DNA of 64,000 nucleotides from an uncultured Clostridia bacterium (GTDB lineage Bacteria; Bacillota; Clostridia; Oscillospirales; Acutalibacteraceae): NCBI GenBank assembly GCA_945876745.1, contig CAMCPL010000008.1, positions 8,757 to 72,756 of the forward strand, read 5' to 3'. Shown piece by piece: positions 17,818 to 26,678 of this stretch (position 1 is its first letter; each line of letters starts with the position of its first letter). The notes under the pieces were generated by a model. It saw only the letters and a program-made list of their open reading frames with translations, ran no database searches and was not told where the DNA came from. The position numbers and the translations under genes were made by a program.

Positions 17818-18669
17818 ATGAAAAATTTAGGCTACTACAACGGAAAGTATGATGAAATCGAGAAAATGCAAATTCCGATGACCGACCGTGTTTGTTGGTT
17901 TGGAGACGGTATTTACGACGCAACGTATTCTCATAATCATAAAATATTCGATCTTGACGCTCATATTACAAGATTTTTCAACAGCGCAAAAATTCTTGAT
18001 ATTGAAATGCCTATCGAAAGAAGCGAGCTTGAAGCCTTACTCAAGGAGCTTGTACTCAAGGTTGACGACGGCGACCAGTTCGTTTATATGCAGGTTACGA
18101 GAGGCTCGGGACTTCGAGGTCACAATTATTCAAAGGGCGACCAGCACAAGGCTAATCTTTGGATAACTCTCACTCCGTCTCCCGTTGCAGATACATACAA
18201 GCCTATTGATGTAATAACATATGAGGACAAGAGATTTTTGTACTGCAACTGCAAAACGCTCAACCTTATTCCGTCCTGTCTTGCCGCAACCGCCGCAGAC
18301 AGAGCAGGCTGTGAGGAAGCGATTTTCCACAGAGGCGATATAGTAACGGAATGTGCTCATTCCAATGTTTCGATTTTCAAGGACGGCAAGGTTATCACTC
18401 ACCCGCTTGACGACAAAATTCTCCCCGGTACTGCAAGATTAAGACTTTTAGCGTTTGCAAAAAAGCTGGGCTTCGGTGTTGAGGAAAGAGAATATACGCT
18501 TGATGAGCTTATGAACGCCGACGAGATTGTTGTTCATTCAACAGGCTCGTTCTGTATTCCGGTTAAGACGGTAGACGGCAAGGCAGTCGGCGGCAAGGCT
18601 CCCGAAATGCTTAAGACAATTCAGGACGCATTAGTTGCGGATTTCGAGGAGCAATGTAAGGCAGACTGA
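17818..18669 (+). CDS. dat: Class IV PLP aminotransferase, D-amino-acid aminotransferase-like
   Basis: DR...FGDGIYD; CKTLNL PLP lysine; ECAHSNV; ILPG..R; start revised to ATG 17818. Confidence 0.82.
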   Translation: MKNLGYYNGKYDEIEKMQIPMTDRVCWFGDGIYDATYSHNHKIFDLDAHITRFFNSAKILDIEMPIERSELEALLKELVLKVDDGDQFVYMQVTRGSGLRGHNYSKGDQHKANLWITLTPSPVADTYKPIDVITYEDKRFLYCNCKTLNLIPSCLAATAADRAGCEEAIFHRGDIVTECAHSNVSIFKDGKVITHPLDDKILPGTARLRLLAFAKKLGFGVEEREYTLDELMNADEIVVHSTGSFCIPVKTVDGKAVGGKAPEMLKTIQDALVADFEEQCKAD

Positions 18670-18693
18670 CGCTTTTGTGATAAAGGGGAAAAT

Positions 18694-19752
18694 ATGAATA
18701 AAAAGGAATTAACGCTTCTTAATATAGGCGACGACTTGGATTCGCTGATGAATTTGGATCCGAGGGGTTACGGCGTTTGCCGTATTCTCTATGACGGTGC
18801 GAGAAGATTTACAGGCGAGCCGCTTTGCGTGAACGGTGCAAAGGGACTTGTCAATAATATAAAAAAGGGCGAAAAGGTATTTATTTTGACAGGCTTCGTG
18901 CTTCTTCCGTGGAATGAAGCGGAAACCGACGGTATTATTTCGTCTGCAATTTTTGCAAGATTTTTGATAAACGCCTTCGGCGCAAAGCCGGTTATGATTG
19001 TGCCCGAGCAATGCACAAAGGCAATAATTTCTATGAGCAGGGTGCTTGATTTTGAGGTAACGACGGATATCGACAATATTCCCGACGGTGCAGTTTGCAT
19101 TGTTGAGTATACAAAATCAAAGGACGAGGAAGAAAATCAGGCTGACGAAATTCTTTCTCACGGACTGCCCTGCGCAATAATTTCAAACGAAGCTCCGGGC
19201 AGAAACAAGAACGGCTATTATCACAACGCCGTCGGTGTAAATACAACCGATTACGAAGCAAAGTATGACGTTTTGTTTAAGAAATGCCAAAAGCTCGGAA
19301 TATACAATCTTTCTATCGGCGACCTTGGAAACGAGATAGGTATGGCGGCGATAGAGGAGCATATTCGCAAATACATTCCGTATGCCGAGGAGGGCGGCTG
19401 TAAGGCTGGCACAGGCTTCGGTATTCTGTCCGACACCGCCGCAGATAATATTATTACAGCGACCTGCTCGGATTGGGGTTGTAGTGCTCTTATGGCGGCA
19501 ACCGCATTTTTGCTCGGCGACACGTCGTTGTTCCACAGTATAGAGGATCAGGCTTCGGCAATGGACGCAGCCGCAGGCGCAGGTATGCTTGATATGTACG
19601 GCAAGGCTCGTCCGTATATTGACGGAATAGGTAAAAATATCAATCTGCCTTTGATTGCCATGATGAAATCAATTATAGAATATCCGTCAACCGTTGAGGA
19701 CAAAACGGCTGAATGGTTCAGCAGAACGATAGATAAAGGATTTTTTGAGTAA
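18694..19752 (+). CDS. DUF4392 / D-glutamate cyclase C-terminal-like protein
   Basis: ETDG motif; IGDLGNEIGM; SDWG. Confidence 0.8.
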   Translation: MNKKELTLLNIGDDLDSLMNLDPRGYGVCRILYDGARRFTGEPLCVNGAKGLVNNIKKGEKVFILTGFVLLPWNEAETDGIISSAIFARFLINAFGAKPVMIVPEQCTKAIISMSRVLDFEVTTDIDNIPDGAVCIVEYTKSKDEEENQADEILSHGLPCAIISNEAPGRNKNGYYHNAVGVNTTDYEAKYDVLFKKCQKLGIYNLSIGDLGNEIGMAAIEEHIRKYIPYAEEGGCKAGTGFGILSDTAADNIITATCSDWGCSALMAATAFLLGDTSLFHSIEDQASAMDAAAGAGMLDMYGKARPYIDGIGKNINLPLIAMMKSIIEYPSTVEDKTAEWFSRTIDKGFFE

Positions 19753-20477
19753 TGGAGTATTCTTTTCTGCCATGCGGCGATTCGGCAGTTACCGTATTGT
19801 TCAAAAAGGAAATCAGCAAAGAAAATAACGCCCTTGTGACCTCGCTTGACCGACTTGTTATCGACAGGAAAATCAAGGGCGTAACGGAAACCGTGAGTGC
19901 TTTTTCGAGCCTGACGGTGTTTTACGACTGCACCGTAATTTCGTTTGATAGGCTGACGAAAAAACTTTCAAAATTAATAAAGAAAATAAGAGTTGAGAGT
20001 GAACGAAGAGTCAGAGTGTGGGATATTCCCGTTTGCTACGAGGGTGAGCTTTCGCCCGATATGGATAACGTTTGCGCTCATACGGGGCTTACGAGAGACG
20101 AGGTTATTACGCTTCACACCTCGAAGCCGTATCTAATTTATATGCTCGGTTTTTTGCCGGGCTTTGCGTATTTGGGCGGTATGGACGAAAGGCTGTTCAC
20201 TCCGAGACTGAAAACACCGAGGCTTGAAATTTTTGAGGGCGCAGTAGGTATCGGCGGCGAGCAGACGGGAATATACCCTATGGCTTCGCCAGGCGGCTGG
20301 CAGTTAATCGGCAAGACGCCCGTCAAGGTTTACGACAAATCGAAAAGTGAGCCGATTTTGTACAAGGCAGGAGATTATATTCAATTTTTCAGCGTTGATT
20401 ACGACGCCTTTTGCGATATTCAACGCAGGGTTGAAAGCGGCGAATACACGCCCGAATTTAGGGAGGTGACGCTGTGA
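19752..20477 (+). CDS. pxpB: 5-oxoprolinase subunit B
   Basis: GDSA; IPVCY.GE..PD; YMLGFLPGFAYLGG; SPGGWQLIGKTP. Confidence 0.92.
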   Translation: MEYSFLPCGDSAVTVLFKKEISKENNALVTSLDRLVIDRKIKGVTETVSAFSSLTVFYDCTVISFDRLTKKLSKLIKKIRVESERRVRVWDIPVCYEGELSPDMDNVCAHTGLTRDEVITLHTSKPYLIYMLGFLPGFAYLGGMDERLFTPRLKTPRLEIFEGAVGIGGEQTGIYPMASPGGWQLIGKTPVKVYDKSKSEPILYKAGDYIQFFSVDYDAFCDIQRRVESGEYTPEFREVTL

Positions 20478-21391
20478 TTAGAATAAAAAATGCCGGTATG
20501 CTTTCTACAGTTCAGGACTTGGGCAGAGTCGGCGTTATGACAAACGGCTTTACTCACGGCGGCGTTATGGATACGTATTCAACAAGAATTGCAAACCTGC
20601 TTTGCTCAAATGACGTAAACGCTCCCGTGATTGAAATGACGATGCTCGGAATAACCGCAGAATTTTGCGACGACTGTGTTTTTGCACTGTCGGGCGGTGA
20701 TTTCCAGCCAAGGCTTAACTCACAGCCGATAAAAAATAATAAGGCGTATACTGCAAAAGCAGGAGATGTTTTGGCGTTGTCCTCGGCAAAAAGCGGTATG
20801 CGTTGCTATCTTGCAGTCGGCGGCGGCTTCAAGGTTGAGAGCATTATGGGAAGTGCTTCGACAGATTTGAAGCTCGGTATCGGCGGCTTTAAGGGTAGAC
20901 GACTGAAAGCAGGCGACGAGCTTGAAACAGGCGAGAGTAAAAATGAGCTGAAAAATATCGAAATACCGTGCAGAGAATACGGTAATGTTGTTGACGTTCG
21001 CTTTGTTTACGGTCCGCAGGACGATATGTTTACCGATACGGACAAGACGCTTTTTGAAAATCAGCTTTACACCGTTACGCCGAGCCTTGACAGAATGGGA
21101 ATAAGGCTCAGCGCAATTGCACTCAAGGGCAAGAAAGGTATGGACATTATCAGCGAGGGTATTGCCTTTGGCTCGGTTCAAATTCCGCCGTCGGGTATGC
21201 CGATTATTCTTATGGCGGATCACCAAACGACAGGCGGCTATGCGAAAATTGCGACGGTAATAAGCGTAGATTTGCCGCTTCTTGCACAGGTAAAGCCATA
21301 TGACAAAATAAGATTTCACGCCGTTTCGCTCAAAAAAGCGCAAACGCTTGTTAAAAAAGAAAAAAGAGAGCTTGAAGGGTTGTTCAAATGA
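20474..21391 (+). CDS. pxpC: 5-oxoprolinase subunit C
   Basis: TVQDLGR.G; DRMGIRL; GSVQIPPSG.PIILMADHQTTGGY.KIA. Confidence 0.92.
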   Translation: MIRIKNAGMLSTVQDLGRVGVMTNGFTHGGVMDTYSTRIANLLCSNDVNAPVIEMTMLGITAEFCDDCVFALSGGDFQPRLNSQPIKNNKAYTAKAGDVLALSSAKSGMRCYLAVGGGFKVESIMGSASTDLKLGIGGFKGRRLKAGDELETGESKNELKNIEIPCREYGNVVDVRFVYGPQDDMFTDTDKTLFENQLYTVTPSLDRMGIRLSAIALKGKKGMDIISEGIAFGSVQIPPSGMPIILMADHQTTGGYAKIATVISVDLPLLAQVKPYDKIRFHAVSLKKAQTLVKKEKRELEGLFK

Positions 21392-22173
21392 ATTATGCAA
21401 ATATGAAGCCGCAACAGGTTAAGGATTTAATCAGAAGCGGCAAGATAGATTATCAAACGTCGGGAATGTGCAACGGCTATGCACAGGCAAATCTTTGTAT
21501 TTTGCCAAAGGAATATGCATTCGATTTTTTGCTTTTCTGTATGCGAAATCCAAAGCCCTGCCCGATTTTAGAGGTCGGCGACGTCGGCTCAAAGGAAATA
21601 AAAACAATGGCGCAGTACGGCGACATTTGCACCGATTTTCCGAAATACAGAATTTGGAAAAACGGCGTGCTTGAAAAAGAGGTAACCGATATCAGCGAAT
21701 ACTGGCAGGACGATTTTGTGTACTTTCTTATAGGATGCTCGTTCAGCTTTGAAAGCGAGCTACTTGAGGCTGATGTACCGGTGAGACATATTGAAGAAAA
21801 CAGAAATGTGCCGATGTTTAATACAAATATTGCGCTTGAGCCTGCAGGAAAATTCCACGGAAATATGGTTGTTTCAATGCGACCGATACCTGACGACTTG
21901 GTTGTAAAGGCGGTGAACGTTACCGCCGCAATGCCGAGAGTTCACGGTGCGCCTGTTCATATCGGCAACCCAAGGGCTATCGGAATTGAAGATGTAAATT
22001 GTCCCGACTACGGCGATAGCGTAACTATTAACGAGGGCGAGACCCCTGTGTTTTGGGCGTGCGGCGTTACTCCGCAAAATGCCGTTATGCAGACAAAGCC
22101 GCCGATTGCAATTACTCATTCACCGGGACATATGTTTATTACCGACGTTAAGAACGTCAGCCTTAAATATTGA
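21388..22173 (+). CDS. DUF1445 putative hydro-lyase (D-glutamate cyclase N-terminal family)
   Basis: TSGM..GY.QANL.ILP; NPKPCP; GCSFSFE; PVFWACGVTPQ; THSPGHMFITD. Confidence 0.88.
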   Translation: MNYANMKPQQVKDLIRSGKIDYQTSGMCNGYAQANLCILPKEYAFDFLLFCMRNPKPCPILEVGDVGSKEIKTMAQYGDICTDFPKYRIWKNGVLEKEVTDISEYWQDDFVYFLIGCSFSFESELLEADVPVRHIEENRNVPMFNTNIALEPAGKFHGNMVVSMRPIPDDLVVKAVNVTAAMPRVHGAPVHIGNPRAIGIEDVNCPDYGDSVTINEGETPVFWACGVTPQNAVMQTKPPIAITHSPGHMFITDVKNVSLKY

Positions 22174-22199
22174 AAATGGATTATGAAAGGTCGGAAAAT

Positions 22200-22970
22200 A
22201 TGACAGCGTCTGATTATTTTGCTATTTATAAAATTGATTTGAATTGTGATTTAGGCGAGGGTGCGGCTCTTGACAGCGAGATTATTCCACTTATTTCAAG
22301 TGCTAATATCGCCTGCGGCTTTCATGCAGGAAATTGCTCGCTTATGCATAAAACTGTGGAGATGTGTGCAAAAAACGGCGTTGCACTCGGCGCTCACCCC
22401 GGCTATCCCGATCGTGAGAATTTCGGCAGGACGGCTATGGATTGCACAGATGAGCAGATTTACGACTATATGATGTATCAGCTCGGCGCGCTTTCGGCGT
22501 TTGCTTCGGCGCAGGGCGTCAGTCTGCAACACGTAAAGCCCCACGGTGCTTTGTACAATACGGCAGGAAAGAACATTGAAGTCGCAAGGGCGGTTGTCAG
22601 AGCTGTTCGTGATTTCGATTCCTCGCTTATTTTGCTTGCGCTTTCGGGTTCAAAAATGATTGAAGCCGCCGAGGAATACGGCGTTAAATATGCCTGTGAG
22701 GTCTTTGCCGACAGAGCGTATGAGGCAGACGGCTCACTTCGTCAAAGAGGTCTTGAGGGCGCAATGATAACTGACGAAAATGAGGCTATCGAGCGTGTTG
22801 TACGAATGGTAAAAGAGGGCAAGGTTAAGGCTTATACAGGCGAGGATATCGTTGTCAGAGCCGACAGCGTTTGCGTTCACGGCGACGGTCAAAAGGCGCT
22901 CGATTTCGTAAAGGCGCTTAACGAGGCGTTCGTAGAAAACAAAATCAAGATTATGCCGCTTGGAAAATGA
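22200..22970 (+). CDS. pxpA: 5-oxoprolinase subunit A (LamB/YcsF)
   Basis: DLNCDLGE; ANIACGFHAG; GAHPGYPD..FGR; HVKPHGALYN; CVHGD; exact start uncertain. Confidence 0.92.
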   Translation: MTASDYFAIYKIDLNCDLGEGAALDSEIIPLISSANIACGFHAGNCSLMHKTVEMCAKNGVALGAHPGYPDRENFGRTAMDCTDEQIYDYMMYQLGALSAFASAQGVSLQHVKPHGALYNTAGKNIEVARAVVRAVRDFDSSLILLALSGSKMIEAAEEYGVKYACEVFADRAYEADGSLRQRGLEGAMITDENEAIERVVRMVKEGKVKAYTGEDIVVRADSVCVHGDGQKALDFVKALNEAFVENKIKIMPLGK

Positions 22971-22993
22971 TTGACTTTTATTGAGAGGAATTT

Positions 22994-23887
22994 ATGATTT
23001 ATACTAAATGGATGTCCTTCATAAAGGACGAGGTTGGGTTGACAAGTCTTGTTATACCGGGTGCGCACAATGCCGGAAGCTACGGTATGAGAGGTATTGC
23101 AGAGTGCCAGAGCGATAATCTTTTTGTTCAGTTTGAGCACGGAATAAGGCAGTTTTGTCTTAGGCTCAACACCGACAGAAAGGGAAATATCGTGCTTGCT
23201 CACGGAATAACGAAGGGCGATTTGTTTGAAAACGCCTTGAAGGACATAAAAAAAGCGCTCGATATGTATCCGAGCGAAATTATACTTTTGGACGTGAGAG
23301 AATATTATCCTCAAAAATTCGGTCCTATAACTCTGACCTATAAGGCAGACAAAAGTAAGGTTGATGAGCTTTTGGAAAAATATATTTCTCCGAGTGAAAA
23401 TGCATTTTGCGATTTTGAACATATAAGCGAAGTTACGCTCGGCGATATTCGCAAAAGCGGCAAGCGTTTTATTCTCATTAACGACAACGAGGATTATAAA
23501 TACAGCCGAAACTGCGAGCAGATTTTGCCTTGGGAAAAGCAGGTTAACGGCGCAAAGGCGGAAAAATTTGCAAACGAAACGCTTCGCTTTTTCGACGATT
23601 ACAAAACCGACGGACTGTATTGGTTCCAAACCCAGCAGACCCCGAATTTAGGCACCGAAATCGGCGTTACCTCTCCGAGGAAGCTTGATGACGAGCTTGT
23701 GAAATACTTTGACGTTATGATTGACGGCATTGCTTCCACCCCTCGCTATCTTGAAAGAGCGAATATAATCGCAGGCGACTTTATGACACGAAGCTTTGAT
23801 AAGTCACGTTCAATTTTAAGGCTTAATTTGCTTAAAGGAAATGTAAAGCCGGAGCTTGAAGAAGAATTTGAAAAAGGGTTGGTATAA
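22994..23887 (+). CDS. Cytoplasmic PI-PLC X-domain phosphodiesterase
   Basis: SL.IPGAHNAG and second His (LAHG) of the PI-PLC fold; no signal peptide. Confidence 0.75.
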   Translation: MIYTKWMSFIKDEVGLTSLVIPGAHNAGSYGMRGIAECQSDNLFVQFEHGIRQFCLRLNTDRKGNIVLAHGITKGDLFENALKDIKKALDMYPSEIILLDVREYYPQKFGPITLTYKADKSKVDELLEKYISPSENAFCDFEHISEVTLGDIRKSGKRFILINDNEDYKYSRNCEQILPWEKQVNGAKAEKFANETLRFFDDYKTDGLYWFQTQQTPNLGTEIGVTSPRKLDDELVKYFDVMIDGIASTPRYLERANIIAGDFMTRSFDKSRSILRLNLLKGNVKPELEEEFEKGLV

Positions 23888-23889
23888 TT

Positions 23890-24579
23890 ATGAAGCTGAC
23901 TGTTTTGGGAAAATACGGACCTTACGGCAAAGCCGGCGACGGTTGCGCAAGCTCGTATCTCGTTGAAAACGACGGCGAATATATTGTTCTTGATATGGGA
24001 AGCGGCACTCTTGCAAGGCTTTGCGATAGAGTGGATATAAAAAAGGTTAAGCATATTTTCATTTCGCATCTTCATTTTGACCATACGAGCGACCTGCTGC
24101 CGTTTAGGTATTTGCTTGAGGAGCAGTCGCACAAGGTGAATATTTACACTCGTCTTGAGGACAGCGAATGGTATAAGATTTTGTTTAATCACCCTAATTT
24201 TAATGTTGTCAATATTGACGAAAATTCGGTTATTGATATCGGGAATATGCAGCTTCGCTTTCTTCCTATGAAGCACACCGTGCCGTGTTTTGCAATCATT
24301 ATTAAGGGCGAAAAAACGATGTGCTACACGGGCGATACGCTTTATAACGACAATATTGATAAATGCTTTGAGCAAAGCGATCTCGTACTTGCCGATTGCA
24401 GTAAGCCAAGCGGTTGTACAGCTCCGCATATGACTGTTGACGACGCACGCCGTCTGGCACTCAAATATCCTAATACAAAAATAATCGCAACTCATCAAAG
24501 TGCTTCCTATGACCCTGCCGACGATTTGAAGGGCACGGGAATTATAAGCGCACAGCAGGGAGGAATTTATCAAATATGA
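23890..24579 (+). CDS. MBL-fold metallo-hydrolase (RNase Z/YhfI-like)
   Basis: SHLHFDH HxHxDH motif; MKH; YTGDT; TH. Confidence 0.85.
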   Translation: MKLTVLGKYGPYGKAGDGCASSYLVENDGEYIVLDMGSGTLARLCDRVDIKKVKHIFISHLHFDHTSDLLPFRYLLEEQSHKVNIYTRLEDSEWYKILFNHPNFNVVNIDENSVIDIGNMQLRFLPMKHTVPCFAIIIKGEKTMCYTGDTLYNDNIDKCFEQSDLVLADCSKPSGCTAPHMTVDDARRLALKYPNTKIIATHQSASYDPADDLKGTGIISAQQGGIYQI

Positions 24580-25472
24580 AGCAGTATGACAGTCTCGTGA
24601 TAGGTCATATCACAAAGGATTATAATATCGACCACGAAAAAAATCTTACCGAGCTTTGCGGCGGAGCGGTGCTTTTTTCGTCTGCGGCGGCTTTTGCACT
24701 CGGTCATAAAACAGGCGCAGTTACGCGCCTTGACAAAAAGGACGCCGACCGCCTTGACAGCTTTACGCTTGATAAGCAGGACGTTTACTGCTCGTTTTGT
24801 AACGGCTCAACCACTATGAAAAACGAGTATTTCACCGCCGATAAGGAAAAGAGAAACAGTACCTGCATTACCTGTGCCGAGCCGTTTTCTATGGCTGATT
24901 TACCGCAGGAGGTCGAGGCGAAAATCTATCATTTTGCAGGGCTTCTTTACGGAGAATTTCCTAACGATATGATTATTGAGTGTTCAAAAAAAGGCGAGGT
25001 TGCGCTTGACGTTCAGGCTTGCCTAAGGCACAGAAATCCCGACGACGGCTCAATGTTTTTTGAGGATTGGGTGGATAAGGAAAAAATCCTGCCCTATGTT
25101 ACATATCTCAAAACCGACGCCGCCGAGGCGGAGATTATGACAGGAACAGCCGACAGAGAGAAAGCGGCAAAAATCCTTTGGAATATGGGCGTTAAAGAGG
25201 TGCTGATAACTCATAATACCGAGGTGCTCGTTTATGACGGCGAAAGGATTTACACCTGTCCCATCCGTGCAAGAAATCTGTCGGGAAGAACGGGCAGGGG
25301 CGACACAACCTTTGCTTCCTATATTAACGAAAGATTGAATTGTCCGATTGAAAAGGCTTTGCTTAAAGCGACGGCAACCGTTTCGCTCAAAATGGAAACG
25401 CCCGGACCTTTGCACGCAACGGTGCAGGATATCGACGAATATATCAACGAATTTTATTCCGATTTTGTATAA
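24576..25472 (+). CDS. PfkB-family carbohydrate kinase
   Basis: GGAV..S N-terminal motif; GRTGRGDT anion-hole motif. Confidence 0.85.
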   Translation: MKQYDSLVIGHITKDYNIDHEKNLTELCGGAVLFSSAAAFALGHKTGAVTRLDKKDADRLDSFTLDKQDVYCSFCNGSTTMKNEYFTADKEKRNSTCITCAEPFSMADLPQEVEAKIYHFAGLLYGEFPNDMIIECSKKGEVALDVQACLRHRNPDDGSMFFEDWVDKEKILPYVTYLKTDAAEAEIMTGTADREKAAKILWNMGVKEVLITHNTEVLVYDGERIYTCPIRARNLSGRTGRGDTTFASYINERLNCPIEKALLKATATVSLKMETPGPLHATVQDIDEYINEFYSDFV

Positions 25473-25516
25473 AAAATTCCCGCTTGACATTTTGAAGTGT
25501 TAGGCGGGATTGCTGT

Positions 25517-26047
25517 TTATTCAAGATACAAAACGATTTTTTGCTCGCTTGCCGATTTTTTTACGTCGATTACTCGCTGATTGGACGAGCCTCTGAATTT
25601 GAGCATTATCGAATGGAGCGACTCAACGAAAGGACCGTCGACGAGCACATCAATGAGGGTGAGCATTTCCTTGCTTATTTCGGTTGCGGCACGGCTTTTC
25701 GGCGTTGTTGCACCAAGTATTTGCTCTATTGTAAAGCCCGTGTAGCACCATACGTTTTTTTCGGGAAAGCGTTCGTGGAACATAATGAGAAACGGCAGTA
25801 AAACCTTTTGATTTTCAGGCTCAAACGGCTCGCCGCCGAGCAGGGAAATGCCGTTTACCCATTCGTGGTCAACGCTTTCAAAAATCTGCTCCATTGTCTC
25901 CTCGGTAAAAAGATTGCCGTAGCCGAAATCCCACGTCGCTTCGTTGAAGCAATTTTTACAATGATGACGGCAACCCGAAACAAACAGCGACGTTCTCACG
26001 CCCTCGCCGTTTGCAATGTCATTCGTCTTTATCTCTGCCCAGTTCAT
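25517..26047 (-). CDS. nrdG: Anaerobic ribonucleotide reductase activating protein
   Basis: D.ANGEGVR.SLFVSGC.HHC..CFN; GGEPF; DGPF; FRGSSNQR. Confidence 0.95.
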   Translation of the reverse strand: MNWAEIKTNDIANGEGVRTSLFVSGCRHHCKNCFNEATWDFGYGNLFTEETMEQIFESVDHEWVNGISLLGGEPFEPENQKVLLPFLIMFHERFPEKNVWCYTGFTIEQILGATTPKSRAATEISKEMLTLIDVLVDGPFVESLHSIMLKFRGSSNQRVIDVKKSASEQKIVLYLE

Positions 26048-26121
26048 AACATAACCTCGATTTATAAATCTATAAGGGTATTATATCATACATATTGAAA
26101 AAATACAATCTTTCAAAAATC

Positions 26122-26150
26122 TTTACAAAATTTGTCGAATATGGTAGAAT
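26122..26150 (+). promoter_or_regulatory. sigmaA promoter of small toxin-like gene
   Basis: TTTACA-17bp-TAGAAT with extended TG. Confidence 0.65.
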
Positions 26151-26260
26151 TACTGTGAGCTACGGCTCCGGGAGCTATCATAACGGATAGGTGGTTTGCC
26201 CTTCTTTCGAGAGGGCGTATGTTTCTGCCCTCTTAGTTTTTTTACAAGGAGGGCGATAAG

Positions 26261-26353
26261 ATGTATATGACATTTAATGAATTATTGTTATTCACAAGTG
26301 TACTTATTTCTCTTATAACTCTTTTTGTGATGATTTATAATCATAAAAAGTAA
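26261..26353 (+). CDS. 30-aa hydrophobic peptide, putative type I (holin-like) toxin; absent from ORF track
   Basis: MYMTFNELLLFTSVLISLITLFVMIYNHKK; AAGGAGG RBS; one TM helix plus basic C-terminus. Confidence 0.75.
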   Translation: MYMTFNELLLFTSVLISLITLFVMIYNHKK

Positions 26354-26437
26354 AAGAAACAACCACCCATTTTGTCCCTTGGGTGGTTGTTTCTAACAAT
26401 ACTCATTAGGGCAAACCGTCTATCGGTAGCTCCTTGT
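26345..26437 (-). ncRNA. Putative antisense antitoxin RNA (~90 nt)
   Basis: Consensus promoter on the minus strand and a 14-bp terminator stem at 26355-26394; ends approximate. Confidence 0.65.
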
Positions 26438-26443
26438 ATTTTT

Positions 26444-26472
26444 ATTATACACATTACCAATATGTTTGTCAA
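26444..26472 (-). promoter_or_regulatory. Consensus sigmaA promoter for antisense RNA
   Basis: TTGACA-17bp-TATAAT on the minus strand. Confidence 0.8.
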
Positions 26473-26484
26473 TACGGTATTTAA

Positions 26485-26627
26485 CGGGTCGTCAATGATG
26501 CCGACCCCCTACGGTTGCCTAACTGTAACGGACTTGTAGGGGAGGGTCTCACCTGTCGGTTCGGTCAGTGCTTCTGCGCTATGGCGCAGAGGTGTCCACC
26601 GGACACCCGCACCGTCCTCGACCTCCC
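26485..26627. repeat. Back-to-back GTAG-type REP pair, the second interrupted by a ~58-bp palindromic insert
   Basis: (-) GTAGGGGGTCG..CGACCCG; (+) GTAGGGGAGGG..ACCTCCC containing CGGTTCGG..TCTGCGC/GCGCAGA..GGTGTCC/GGACACC..CCGCACCG. Confidence 0.65.
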
Positions 26628-26678
26628 GCAAACTACAATCAATCAAACCGCTTCTCTTCAATTTTCCCTATTCTCTTT

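Noticed and set aside
20720-24573. Long minus-strand ORFs (226, 246, 275 aa) and similar ones elsewhere (e.g. 48139-48777, 44280-46490)
   Set aside because: All lie opposite well-supported genes and have no family motifs; explained by codon bias of the sense gene
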